Part shown: positions 9,946 to 20,178 of the stretch, in pieces
How positions within the stretch are numbered: position 1 is the first letter of the stretch
Layout of the letters: every line of letters begins with the position of its first letter
Virus record (IMG/VR): IMGVR_UViG_3300042896_000657
Coordinates: 32,001 to 96,000 of that record
DNA length: 64,000 bases
Origin: a virus
Strand: one strand, 5' to 3'
The notes under the pieces: model-generated
The model's database searches: none
Told to the model about the DNA's origin: nothing
What the model saw: only the letters and a program-made list of their open reading frames with translations
Program-made: the position numbers and the translations under genes

Positions 9946-11223
9946 ATGAAACCATTATTAGTTATAAGTTGCCCTTTAGATACTTTCAGTGGCTATGGTG
10001 CTAGAGCAAGAGATATAGTTAAAGTATTATTAAAATCAGATAAATATGAGGTTAAAATATTATCTCAACGTTGGGGAAATACTCCATTTGGATTTCTAAA
10101 ATCAGATAATCCTGAACATAAACAAATGTTAGATTGTATATTAAATTCTCCTCAATTACCAAAACAACCTGATGTATGGATTCAATTAACTGTTCCAAAT
10201 GAATTTCAAAAACTTGGAAAATTTAATATTGGTATAACAGCAGGTATTGAAACTACAGTTTGTGATGCCTCTTGGATTGAAGGATTAAATAGAATGGATT
10301 TAAATTTAGTATCTTCAAATCACGCTAAAACAGTATTTCAACAGTCTAAATTTGAAAAACGTAATTCCCAAACAAAAAATATTGAAAGTATAGTTGAGTT
10401 AACAAAACCTTGTGAAGTATTATTTGAAGGTGTTGATGTAAATATTTACAAAAAGATTGATGAATTCCAATCCAAAGATCTATTTAATCAATTAAATAAT
10501 ATTGAAGAAAAATTTAATTATTTATTTGTTGGACATTGGCTTCAAGGTGAAGTTGGTCAAGATAGAAAAGATGTAGGAATGTTAATTAAAACATTTTTAG
10601 AAACATTTAAAAATAAATCAACTAAACCAGGATTAATAGTAAAAACACAATCAGCTACATCCTCAATTATGGATAGAAATGAAATGCTATCTAAAATTCA
10701 AGCAATAAGAGTTGCTGTTGGAGGTGATAATTTACCAAATGTTTATTTATTACATGGTGAATTTACAGATGAAGAAATGAATGAATTATACAATCATCCC
10801 AAAATAAAAGCATTTGTATCATTTACTAAAGGTGAAGGTTATGGTCGTCCTTTATTAGAATCAACTATTTCCCAAAAACCAGTTATTGCTTCTAATTGGA
10901 GTGGTCATTTGGATTATTTATCTCCTAATATGTCTACATTATTACCAGGAGCTGTAAACCAAATCCACCCAAGTGCTGTAGTGCAAAATATGCTAATACC
11001 AGAATCAGGATGGTTTACTGTTGATTATAAACAAGCATCTATTATATTAACAGATGTTTATAATAACTATAAGAAATACATTGATGGAGCAAAGAAACAG
11101 TCGTATCGTTCCCGTACAGAATTTAATTTAGATAAAATGGGAGAATTATTGATTAATATATTAGATAAAAATATCCCAAAACCCATAGAATTAAAATTAC
11201 CAACACTTAAAAAAATAGGATAA
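9946..11223 (+). CDS. Glycosyltransferase, GT4-like
   Basis: SGYG, DRKDVG, GEGYGRPLLE, NWSGHLDY. Confidence 0.88.
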   Translation: MKPLLVISCPLDTFSGYGARARDIVKVLLKSDKYEVKILSQRWGNTPFGFLKSDNPEHKQMLDCILNSPQLPKQPDVWIQLTVPNEFQKLGKFNIGITAGIETTVCDASWIEGLNRMDLNLVSSNHAKTVFQQSKFEKRNSQTKNIESIVELTKPCEVLFEGVDVNIYKKIDEFQSKDLFNQLNNIEEKFNYLFVGHWLQGEVGQDRKDVGMLIKTFLETFKNKSTKPGLIVKTQSATSSIMDRNEMLSKIQAIRVAVGGDNLPNVYLLHGEFTDEEMNELYNHPKIKAFVSFTKGEGYGRPLLESTISQKPVIASNWSGHLDYLSPNMSTLLPGAVNQIHPSAVVQNMLIPESGWFTVDYKQASIILTDVYNNYKKYIDGAKKQSYRSRTEFNLDKMGELLINILDKNIPKPIELKLPTLKKIG

Positions 11224-11654
11224 TGACTGAAAAATTAGTAAATTGTAAAAGATGTGGATCTAATGCCTGCTCTGAAATGTCAGATGATAAAATAACTATA
11301 TGGGTATGTATGGGATGTGGTTTTACTACTAACACATTTATGAATTTAGATAATACTCCTAAAGCAGAAGATGTAATGCCTAATCTATATAAAGATTTAA
11401 AATTTACTGACGATACTGGATTAAATTGGTACCCGAATTCCGTAACATTAGACGATAAATCAATGGTATTTGCTGATGGTACATCAGTAGATGACTGGAA
11501 ATGGGCCGCTGTTAAATCAATTGAAATAACGGATGAAGAAAAGGAAAAATTTCCTAATTCCACTCATAGAGCCGACATGAGTACTATACAATATTTTGAA
11601 GAAAAAGATTTTATGGATGCTTTAGAGTATGTAGGATATTTTACCAGAAAATAA
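11223..11654 (+). CDS. Hypothetical protein with zinc ribbon
   Basis: CKRC and CMGC pairs. Confidence 0.65.
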   Translation: MTEKLVNCKRCGSNACSEMSDDKITIWVCMGCGFTTNTFMNLDNTPKAEDVMPNLYKDLKFTDDTGLNWYPNSVTLDDKSMVFADGTSVDDWKWAAVKSIEITDEEKEKFPNSTHRADMSTIQYFEEKDFMDALEYVGYFTRK

Positions 11655-11657
11655 AAT

Positions 11658-12284
11658 ATGAAAATTAGTTATGCAATTACTATAAGTTCCGAAATAAATG
11701 AACCTATTGATTTAATTCATTTTATTCATAAACATAAACAATCTCAAGATGAAATATGTGTATTGTTAGATAAACCTAAAATTCATCATTGGACGTTAGA
11801 CCAATTATATCGTTTTTCTTCTTCAAATTGGATTACATTAAAAGAATCAGCATTCCAAAACAATTTTGCTGAATGGAAGAATGAATTAAATAGTATGTGT
11901 AATGGTGATTATATTTTTAACATAGATGCTGATGAAATTCCATCAGAAACTTTCATAAATAATATTCATGAATTAATTGAACTTAATCCTGAAATAAAAG
12001 CATATGCTCTTCCTAGAGTAAATACAGTAGAAGGATTAACTCAAAAACATATTCAAAAATGGGGATGGAGGATTGATGATAAAAAAAGAATAAATTGGCC
12101 TGATTATCAAGTTCGTATCTATAAAAATACTCCTGAGATATATTGGGAAGGTAAAGTGCATGAGACTTTGAATATTAGAGATAAAGCCGTATCTTTACCT
12201 ATAGAAACACAGGATTGGGCTTTGCATCATCCTAAAACAATAGAAAGACAAGAAAAACAAAATAACTATTATGATACATTATGA
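11658..12284 (+). CDS. Glycosyltransferase family 2
   Basis: YIFNIDADE, PDYQVRIY, GKVHE. Confidence 0.85.
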   Translation: MKISYAITISSEINEPIDLIHFIHKHKQSQDEICVLLDKPKIHHWTLDQLYRFSSSNWITLKESAFQNNFAEWKNELNSMCNGDYIFNIDADEIPSETFINNIHELIELNPEIKAYALPRVNTVEGLTQKHIQKWGWRIDDKKRINWPDYQVRIYKNTPEIYWEGKVHETLNIRDKAVSLPIETQDWALHHPKTIERQEKQNNYYDTL

Positions 12285-13141
12285 TTACAATTAAACAAAA
12301 CAATTTGTATTTAATTACAGGGGGAAGTGGATTTTTAGGAGAGCCATTAACAGAGTATATATTATCACAAGGTGGAAGAGTAAGAATAATAGCTAGAGAT
12401 GAAGGTAAATTAATAAGAATTAAAGAAATGTTCCCCTCTGTTGAAATATTTCCAGGTGATATTTCTGATGTATTTGAAGTACAACAATCTATGAAAGAAG
12501 TTGTAGGTGTTTTTCATTTAGCTGCTTCTAAACATGTTGGGTTAGCAGAAAAATTTGTTCGAGAAAATATAAAAACAAATATATTAGGATCTTTAAATAT
12601 TTTGGAACAATCTATAAATCATCCCACTCTTGAATTTGTATTATCTATCTCAACAGATAAAGCAGCACAAGTAGCTGGAGTATATGGAGCTACTAAACTT
12701 TTAATGGAAAGATCTATTAAACAATATGAAGAATTAAATCAAAATGTTAAATATCGAATAGTACGTTATGGAAATGTTTTATATTCAACTGGATCTGTTC
12801 TATGTAAATGGAAAGATCTAATACAACAAGGAAAATCTGTAATAGTTACAGAACCTGAAGCTACAAGATTTTTTTGGACGGTTGCTGATGCTATACAATT
12901 GATAGAAGATTGTATGCAAAACTCAACAGATAGTACTCCATATTGTCCTACTATGAAATCAATGCGTATTAAAGATTTATTAAATGCTATGATTTTAAAA
13001 TATTCTAATGATCAAAATATAGAAATTAAAATTATTGGACTGCAACCTGGAGAAAATATGCATGAAAAAGTACTTGAAGAAGGTCCTTATTCAAATGAAG
13101 TTGAACATTTTACTGTAGAAGAAATTTTAACATTAATTTAA
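12281..13141 (+). CDS. NDP-sugar 4,6-dehydratase (CapD/PseB-like)
   Basis: ITGGSGFLG, STDKA, YGATK, RYGNV, GLQPGENMHE. Confidence 0.9.
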   Translation: MITIKQNNLYLITGGSGFLGEPLTEYILSQGGRVRIIARDEGKLIRIKEMFPSVEIFPGDISDVFEVQQSMKEVVGVFHLAASKHVGLAEKFVRENIKTNILGSLNILEQSINHPTLEFVLSISTDKAAQVAGVYGATKLLMERSIKQYEELNQNVKYRIVRYGNVLYSTGSVLCKWKDLIQQGKSVIVTEPEATRFFWTVADAIQLIEDCMQNSTDSTPYCPTMKSMRIKDLLNAMILKYSNDQNIEIKIIGLQPGENMHEKVLEEGPYSNEVEHFTVEEILTLI

Positions 13142-13150
13142 AAATTAATT

Positions 13151-13801
13151 ATGAATAATAATAAAGACCTATCAGTTTTAATAGGATCCTGTGATAGTTA
13201 TAATTCTTTTTGGAAAAATTTTGATATATTATTTAAACGATATTGGAATGTTAATACAGAAAATATTTTTATAGGAGAAACTATCCCTATACCATATACA
13301 GGATACACTAATATACTCCCTGGAAAAATTTCTTGGGGTGAAAGAATATTAATTGCTCTAGAAAATATAAAAACAGAATATATATTTTTTATATTAGAAG
13401 ATTATTATTTAACAGAATCAATAACTTCAGAAATTATATCAGAACATATATCAACTTTAGAAGAATATTCAGCACATAAAATTATGTTGGATATAGTAAC
13501 TCATTCTGATTATAGATTAACAGAGATTAAACCTAATCTTTTTAAATTTAATTCAAATAGTATGTATCTAAATTCAGTACAACCAGCGATATGGAAAACC
13601 TCTTATTTAAAACAGGTATTACGTCCTGAATATAGTCCTTGGGATTTTGAATTAAAGGGTAATCAATTTGCATCAACATTAAATAATACTTTACTTATAC
13701 AAGCAAGAAATAAACCAATTTATTTTAATTATGTTAGAGTTGGAGGTAGAATATCAGAAGGATGGGAAGATGTTTTTAAAAAAGAAAATTTAACAAACTA
13801 A
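13151..13801 (+). CDS. Putative glycosyltransferase (GT-A-like)
   Basis: SCDSY, FILEDYYL, QPAIWK, SPWDFE; glycosylation island context. Confidence 0.6.
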   Translation: MNNNKDLSVLIGSCDSYNSFWKNFDILFKRYWNVNTENIFIGETIPIPYTGYTNILPGKISWGERILIALENIKTEYIFFILEDYYLTESITSEIISEHISTLEEYSAHKIMLDIVTHSDYRLTEIKPNLFKFNSNSMYLNSVQPAIWKTSYLKQVLRPEYSPWDFELKGNQFASTLNNTLLIQARNKPIYFNYVRVGGRISEGWEDVFKKENLTN

Positions 13802-13804
13802 AAA

Positions 13805-14587
13805 ATGGAAACACAATTTAAAGGTGTATGGGTCTACGAAAAAGAAGCTATAGTAGATGGGTTTAAAGAAGTATGCATATCAGCAATAGAAAATGATAGC
13901 GTATTTTCTACCTTTAAGCAAAATAGTAAATTTTGCCCAGTAATAGGAAATGATGTACTTAATAAAGATATTTCAGATAAAATATATAATAGTCTTTTTG
14001 AAGATAATCTAATAACAATAGAAGAACTTCAAAAATATAAGTCAAATGATATAATAGGTGGACCAAACTTATATGATTATAATCCTGTAGGATTAATTTC
14101 CCCAGGTACTATATATTTTGTTAATGTGTTAAAAGAACTTAGAAAATATTTTGGAAATTTAACCAATCATAATATCGTGGAAATTGGTAGTGGATATGGG
14201 GGGCAAGCTAAAATATTATTAGATAGTGGAGTAAAATCTTATACTGTAGTAGATATATATCCTACTTTACAATTATGTCAAAAATATTTATCTTATTTTT
14301 CATATAATAATATAGATTTTATAAAATCAGATAATATTACACCTAAAAAATATGATACTGTAATATCTAATTGGTGTTTAAGTGAATTTGATGAGGAAGG
14401 AATGTCATTTTATATAGAAAATATAATTAAATATTGCTCTCAAGGTTATTTTTTAATGAATACTTGGGATAGTAGAAGAGATTATCTTTTAAATGAATTA
14501 AAAAAATATTTTGTATATGTAGAAACTTTTCAAGAAAATCCAAAAACACATCAAAATGATAATTGGGTATTAATAATTAAAAAATAA
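13805..14587 (+). CDS. Putative sugar O-methyltransferase
   Basis: VEIGSGYGG SAM motif; ISNWCLSE. Confidence 0.8.
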   Translation: METQFKGVWVYEKEAIVDGFKEVCISAIENDSVFSTFKQNSKFCPVIGNDVLNKDISDKIYNSLFEDNLITIEELQKYKSNDIIGGPNLYDYNPVGLISPGTIYFVNVLKELRKYFGNLTNHNIVEIGSGYGGQAKILLDSGVKSYTVVDIYPTLQLCQKYLSYFSYNNIDFIKSDNITPKKYDTVISNWCLSEFDEEGMSFYIENIIKYCSQGYFLMNTWDSRRDYLLNELKKYFVYVETFQENPKTHQNDNWVLIIKK

Positions 14588-15174
14588 TGGAAATACAAGC
14601 TTATATAATAAACATCTCAACAAGAGAAGATAGGCGCATTCATATTATTAATGAAGTTAGTAAATTACCATTTATAAAACCTACCATTGTAGAGGGAATA
14701 GTTGATGGTACTGGAACATGCTTTCATTCTCAAAGAAAATGCATACAAAATGCTAAGGAATTACAATTAGAATATGTACTAGTATTAGAAGATGATGCCC
14801 TATTTACAGATAATTGTGAGGAAATTTTAAAAAAATCATTTTTAGAAATACAAAATATAGAATGGGATATGTTATTTCTTGGAGCTAATCTATTTAGTCC
14901 CGCTTATAAAGTATCAGAGCATTTACTTAAACTTACAGGAGCTTGGTGTGCTCATGCATATATTGTTCATAATAGATTTTATGATACAATACTTTCATTG
15001 CCACCTAATAAAGAGATGGATACTCATTATGGAGAATTGATGGATAAACACAATGTTTATATGTCAAATCCTATGATAGCATATCAACTTCCATCATATT
15101 CTAATCTTCAAAATGGATTTAGAGATTATAATGAAGCAATAGATAGAAACTTTTTAACATATGTAAAAATATGA
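14587..15174 (+). CDS. Glycosyltransferase family 25
   Basis: YIINI..REDRR, LVLEDDA, WDMLFLG, AHAYIV. Confidence 0.85.
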   Translation: MEIQAYIINISTREDRRIHIINEVSKLPFIKPTIVEGIVDGTGTCFHSQRKCIQNAKELQLEYVLVLEDDALFTDNCEEILKKSFLEIQNIEWDMLFLGANLFSPAYKVSEHLLKLTGAWCAHAYIVHNRFYDTILSLPPNKEMDTHYGELMDKHNVYMSNPMIAYQLPSYSNLQNGFRDYNEAIDRNFLTYVKI

Positions 15175-16043
15175 AAATACTTTTAGGGTGTTTAAATGCA
15201 AATGGATTAGGGGGTAGTGAATTATATCACTATGAATTAGCTAAAGAATTATATAATAATAACATAGATATTACATTATTTACTTTAAGAGAAATTGATG
15301 ATAAAGATCAAATAAGAATAAAACTTAATGATATTGGTATTAAACAAATTAGTTCTAAAAATATAAATAATAAAGAACAATTTGATATTATAGTAGCAAG
15401 TCAGCCTCAAGTAAATGATTTTCTTCTTAATATATATCCTAATACTCCCATCATTAGCATAATCCATTCAGAAATTAGATCTGAAGATCCAATATTAGAT
15501 CCAAGAATATCTCATTACATTGGTATAAGACAACCAATTATTGATATGTTAATTAATGAATATAACATTGAGTCAAGTAAAGTATCATTAATTTATAACC
15601 CAATTGACACTAGTAGATTCAATTCGAATAACAAAGAATCTTACGAAAAAACAACAGGAATATTCGTGGGTGAAGTATTAGATAATATTAGATTTGAAGC
15701 TATATCTCATTTAGTAAACGAATGTATTCAAAATGATTGGGATCTATTATTAATGAGTGAATCTCGTTATGATTTTAAACACCCCAATATAAAATATATT
15801 GATAAACGATGGGATAATGAAACAATAGTTAAAAATGTTGATTTTACCGCTGGAATTTTATTAGGAAGAACTACATTAGAAGGATTATGTTGTGGAGTAC
15901 CGGGATATGTTTATTATATTAATAAAAATGGTAATGTAACTGGGATTGATTTAATTGAACCCGATAATATTCAACAATTTGATAGTAAATATGTAGCACA
16001 ACAACATATAAAATTATATAATAAAATAATTAATAATAACTAA
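15171..16043 (+). CDS. Glycosyltransferase, GT4-like
   Basis: GGSE, IYNPIDTSRF, GRTTLEGLCCG. Confidence 0.75.
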   Translation: MKILLGCLNANGLGGSELYHYELAKELYNNNIDITLFTLREIDDKDQIRIKLNDIGIKQISSKNINNKEQFDIIVASQPQVNDFLLNIYPNTPIISIIHSEIRSEDPILDPRISHYIGIRQPIIDMLINEYNIESSKVSLIYNPIDTSRFNSNNKESYEKTTGIFVGEVLDNIRFEAISHLVNECIQNDWDLLLMSESRYDFKHPNIKYIDKRWDNETIVKNVDFTAGILLGRTTLEGLCCGVPGYVYYINKNGNVTGIDLIEPDNIQQFDSKYVAQQHIKLYNKIINNN

Positions 16044-16046
16044 AAT

Positions 16047-16769
16047 ATGATATTTAGAACACAAAATGAACCTACTGTTACATTTTATAAAAATGAACAA
16101 TTTAAAAATCAATTTGGTAATGATAACGAATGGGTAGATGAAAGTAAAGAATTAGGAATTGAAGAAGAATGTAGAATTGATATTCCTAGCTGGCAGAATA
16201 GATATAACTATGAATGCCAAATATTAACTGATATTATTAACGTTAATAATTATAATAAAATTATTGAGTTAGGATCAGGACCTGGAGAATTAGGTCAAAA
16301 AATATTTAAAAACAAAACAGATTTAAATTATACCTTTATTGACCAACCCGGAGCAAAGCAAATTTTTGATTCAAGAGGATATAAGGGTAAATTTCTAGTA
16401 AAAGATTTAATGAATAAATTTGATGTTTCTGATTTAGATAAAGATTATGATTTTTTAATTACTAATGATTTTTTAGAACATATATATAATCCATCTATAG
16501 TAGTACAAGAATGTTATAATATTGTAAAAGATGGAGGAAAAATGTTTGTAAGTGTTCCTAATTGGAGAATGGGGCATACCTTTATATATAGAGGATTATT
16601 TGATTATGATAATTTTATATATTTTATGTATACTCATGGTTTTTCAATTAGTGGAATATTTGATTCTCCTTTAAAATGCTCACATTCCCCCAAATTATCT
16701 TCTGAATCAGAAATGGATAATCAATTAATAAATAGTTGGAATTGGTATATGTTATTTGATAAAATATAA
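16047..16769 (+). CDS. Class I SAM-dependent methyltransferase
   Basis: IELGSGPG, DFLEHI, GGKMFVSVPN. Confidence 0.85.
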   Translation: MIFRTQNEPTVTFYKNEQFKNQFGNDNEWVDESKELGIEEECRIDIPSWQNRYNYECQILTDIINVNNYNKIIELGSGPGELGQKIFKNKTDLNYTFIDQPGAKQIFDSRGYKGKFLVKDLMNKFDVSDLDKDYDFLITNDFLEHIYNPSIVVQECYNIVKDGGKMFVSVPNWRMGHTFIYRGLFDYDNFIYFMYTHGFSISGIFDSPLKCSHSPKLSSESEMDNQLINSWNWYMLFDKI

Positions 16770-16775
16770 ATAAAT

Positions 16776-17921
16776 ATGAATATATCATTATTAGTAGGAT
16801 TAAAAAATAATTTAGATTATAATAAACACTTCTACTCCACTACCCGAGCATTATATCCAGATGTTGAAATATGTTTTGTTAGTTATGGTTCCACAGATGG
16901 AACACATGAATGGCTTGATTCATTAGAAGATAATAATGTTAAATACTTCTATTCACCTGAAAATAAAACATTCTCAGATACATTTAATAAAGCTACAGAA
17001 TTAGCTACTAAAGAATATGTAGCATATCTTCATAATGATATTGTTTTAGCTCCTGGGTTTTTGGAGAATTTAGAAAAACATGTATCTTCTAATAATGTGG
17101 TATCATATACTACTATTGAACCCCCTATATTTGCGGGACATGAACGTCCTGGAAAATTAATTTACGATTTAGGAACTGATTTAGAAACATTTGATAAAGA
17201 TAAATTATATCAATTTGCTAAGGAAAAACAATCTGAATATAAAGATAAAATAGAACAAGGTATTACATTCTTTATGTGTTTACGTAAAGAAGTACTATTA
17301 CAGATTGGGGGAATGGATAATTTATTTAATCCTATGTTCTGTGAGGATGATGATTTAATATTAAGACTTAAACTATATGGTTTAAATCAATTTACTTCAT
17401 TAGATGCTATATGTTATCACTTCGTTAGTAAAACATCAAGATTTTCAGAAGAATATGTGAATAAAACACGAGAAATAGAACTTAATTCAAATGCAAATTT
17501 CATTAGAAAATGGGGATTCAGACATTCTAAATATAATAAACGTTACAATATTGCATATGTTGTTGATAAATGTAATTATGATATGATGGCTGCCTTAGAA
17601 CCATGGTGTGATAGATTATACATTGATGATGAAATGGGGGTATTACAAGCAATGTATTATGAAAATGAACATAAAAATACATCTTATAATCTTAAAAAAC
17701 GTATTTTAACTACAAAATATAATGATGCAATTGGAGAAAATGATATTATAGTAGAATTTGATGGAACTAAATTAAATAATAATTCATTTGATATTCTAAC
17801 TAATCTATCAGATATTATAACTGAATCAGGAGAAGTTGGTACATTTGAATTAGATATATTTAAAATTACCATTAATCAAATCGAATCAAATACAAAACCA
17901 TTAATATTTATACCAAAATAA
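16776..17921 (+). CDS. Glycosyltransferase family 2
   Basis: GSTDGT, YLHNDIV, IGGMD, FCEDDD. Confidence 0.88.
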   Translation: MNISLLVGLKNNLDYNKHFYSTTRALYPDVEICFVSYGSTDGTHEWLDSLEDNNVKYFYSPENKTFSDTFNKATELATKEYVAYLHNDIVLAPGFLENLEKHVSSNNVVSYTTIEPPIFAGHERPGKLIYDLGTDLETFDKDKLYQFAKEKQSEYKDKIEQGITFFMCLRKEVLLQIGGMDNLFNPMFCEDDDLILRLKLYGLNQFTSLDAICYHFVSKTSRFSEEYVNKTREIELNSNANFIRKWGFRHSKYNKRYNIAYVVDKCNYDMMAALEPWCDRLYIDDEMGVLQAMYYENEHKNTSYNLKKRILTTKYNDAIGENDIIVEFDGTKLNNNSFDILTNLSDIITESGEVGTFELDIFKITINQIESNTKPLIFIPK

Positions 17922-17929
17922 TAACAAAC

Positions 17930-18220
17930 ATGGCATTAGAAAATATAAAACCAAAATTAAAAGTTGATATAAATAAAAATGAAACCAAAAAAGGTATCAA
18001 AGTACAATTTATATTACCTAATACTGTTAGTGGTGATGAAAAAGCCCAATTAACACAAAAGTTACAAAGTAAATTAAATACTGGATTAGCACCGTATAAA
18101 TTAACAGCAAATACTGATACTGATGTTCCTTATGATAATATTATTGGATTTTTAATTAGCATCCAAGACATCAGATTATTAATAAAGAATGCTTTATCAG
18201 GTGATACTTCTGAAAAATAG
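17930..18220 (+). CDS. hypothetical protein
   Basis: 96-aa ORF in operon. Confidence 0.65.
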   Translation: MALENIKPKLKVDINKNETKKGIKVQFILPNTVSGDEKAQLTQKLQSKLNTGLAPYKLTANTDTDVPYDNIIGFLISIQDIRLLIKNALSGDTSEK

Positions 18221-18236
18221 TATAAATAATTAATTT

Positions 18237-18536
18237 ATGTCAAGACAAGTCCCAATTTTTAGAATAACATTGGATAATACTGCTACATATCAAGATGTAG
18301 AAAAAAATCCATATATTAGGGAAATAGTAATGAATGAATTAATATGTGCTGTAAAAGATGGCCTAAAAAAGAAAAAAAGAGATATATCATTATTTATAAT
18401 AAATGATAGTGAATATATGGTTAGTTTAGATAAAAAACAATGGAAACCATCTTTAGAATCAGCTTTAACACATTATGAAAATTTAGAAGAATACCATAAA
18501 TGTTTTGAAATAAAAAATATAATAGATTCGTTATGA
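18237..18536 (+). CDS. Hypothetical protein with UVR-like C-terminal helix
   Basis: ALTHYENLEEYHKCFEIK. Confidence 0.55.
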   Translation: MSRQVPIFRITLDNTATYQDVEKNPYIREIVMNELICAVKDGLKKKKRDISLFIINDSEYMVSLDKKQWKPSLESALTHYENLEEYHKCFEIKNIIDSL

Positions 18537-18961
18537 AACCAACAAATAAACTACCAGAAGATGTAGAGGGTATTAAACAATCTTTAGAAAATATTCTTAA
18601 CGCAGATTTTAAAATTAAAAGAAAAAAAAGAACCGAATTAGATATTCAACGAGATTTATTTTTTAAAATAGTACTAAGTTTAGAAAAACTAAATATGCGT
18701 TCAAATGTATTGAATGTTGATTTAGATATAGATTTAAATAAATATGACGAAGTATTTTATAATACAATTGATGATTTGTTATTATTACATTTTGGAAAAA
18801 ATATTGCTGAAATAATATTCTTTTATGTTTATGATAGAATAGATCAAGATGGAAATGTTATATATTTAAATGATTCAAATGGGAATCCTGTAATTTTAGA
18901 TAATGTAAATGATTTATGGAGTTTAATTCAGAATATAAATAAAATATATAAAAATAAATAA
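18533..18961 (+). CDS. hypothetical protein
   Basis: 142-aa ORF overlapping the upstream stop. Confidence 0.65.
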   Translation: MKPTNKLPEDVEGIKQSLENILNADFKIKRKKRTELDIQRDLFFKIVLSLEKLNMRSNVLNVDLDIDLNKYDEVFYNTIDDLLLLHFGKNIAEIIFFYVYDRIDQDGNVIYLNDSNGNPVILDNVNDLWSLIQNINKIYKNK

Positions 18962-18966
18962 GTTAT

Positions 18967-19557
18967 ATGCCTGCTAAAAAAGAATTATTTAAAGAAGATA
19001 TTCTTAGAGCAATACGTCACACCAAAAGTAATAGAGCTGCTGCTCGATACCTAGGATGTTCATATCAGCATTATAAACCATACGCTAAGTTATTTAATGA
19101 TGAAGAAACAGGACAAAATCTGTTTGATCTACATAAAAATCAGTGTGGTAAAGGTATTCCTAAATTTCTTCCTAATAGACGAAGAGAACCAAATGTTAAA
19201 TTAATATTTGAAGAAGGTGTAGGTTATGAATCATTTACTACAACAAAAATCAAAACCAGAGGCATTGCTGAAGGATTTTTAAGAGATGAATGTTATATAT
19301 GTGGGTGTAATGAACGTAGAGTAACAGATTATAAAACACCAACATTATTAAATTTTAAAGATGGTAGTAAATCTAATTATGTATTGGATAATTTAGAAAT
19401 ATTATGCTATAATTGTTATTTTCTATATGTTGCTGATCCTTTAACAAATGATGAAGTTCGTCATATCGAAACAAATCAAACACCTAAAGCAAAACCATTT
19501 GAATGGGATTTAGATGATGAAGCTTTGTCTAATATGAAAGCATTAGGATTATTATAA
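18967..19557 (+). CDS. HTH plus degenerate HNH-fold protein
   Basis: N-terminal AAARYLG; CYICG..NFKDG..NLEILCYNC. Confidence 0.65.
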   Translation: MPAKKELFKEDILRAIRHTKSNRAAARYLGCSYQHYKPYAKLFNDEETGQNLFDLHKNQCGKGIPKFLPNRRREPNVKLIFEEGVGYESFTTTKIKTRGIAEGFLRDECYICGCNERRVTDYKTPTLLNFKDGSKSNYVLDNLEILCYNCYFLYVADPLTNDEVRHIETNQTPKAKPFEWDLDDEALSNMKALGLL

Positions 19558-19578
19558 TATATCCCTTAAAAATTATTT

Positions 19579-19602
19579 AAGCTCCATTTTTGGGGCTTTT
19601 AT
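19579..19602 (+). terminator. Intrinsic terminator
   Basis: AAGCTCCA-TTTT-TGGGGCTT followed by T tract. Confidence 0.55.
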
Positions 19603-19683
19603 TGTCTATTGATATTTATCAATAAGAAATAATATATTAGTTTTATTAATTAAGGTTGTCAAACACTAACTAATATTATTAAT

Positions 19684-20178
19684 ATGAAGTACACTGTTGC
19701 AATATTATTATTGATTACCATTATTCTGGCTGGTGCAACACCAACAAATCCCCCATCAATTTACATTTTACCTATTAAAAATAGTATTAAAGTAGGTACT
19801 CTTTCTGGAAATATTAATCTTACTTTAGGTGTTAAAAATATTTTAGAAGAAGCATTAATGGATAAAGAATATAATTTATCTAATAATCAAGAATCATCAG
19901 ATTATACTCTTCAAACTGAATTAATTTATTTTGATATTATGCAGACTAATAAAAATATATCTGTATTTCATAAAAATGAAAATGAAACAATTATAAGAAT
20001 AAAAGGAATATTATATAATAAAAATAAAAAAATAAAGGAAATTATTGTTGAAGAATCATCATCAGAGATATCTTCATCAACATTAGCTATTAGTTATGAT
20101 GGTTCGTTTAATCAACAAACAGCAAGAAATGCTGTAAAAAAAGCATGTATTAAATTAATAGAAGGGATAATTAAATGA
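19684..20178 (+). CDS. Secreted protein, CsgG/LptE-like alpha-beta fold (putative)
   Basis: Signal peptide; ending resembles that of the 28245 ORF (NAVKKAC vs ATKKAL). Confidence 0.45.
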   Translation: MKYTVAILLLITIILAGATPTNPPSIYILPIKNSIKVGTLSGNINLTLGVKNILEEALMDKEYNLSNNQESSDYTLQTELIYFDIMQTNKNISVFHKNENETIIRIKGILYNKNKKIKEIIVEESSSEISSSTLAISYDGSFNQQTARNAVKKACIKLIEGIIK

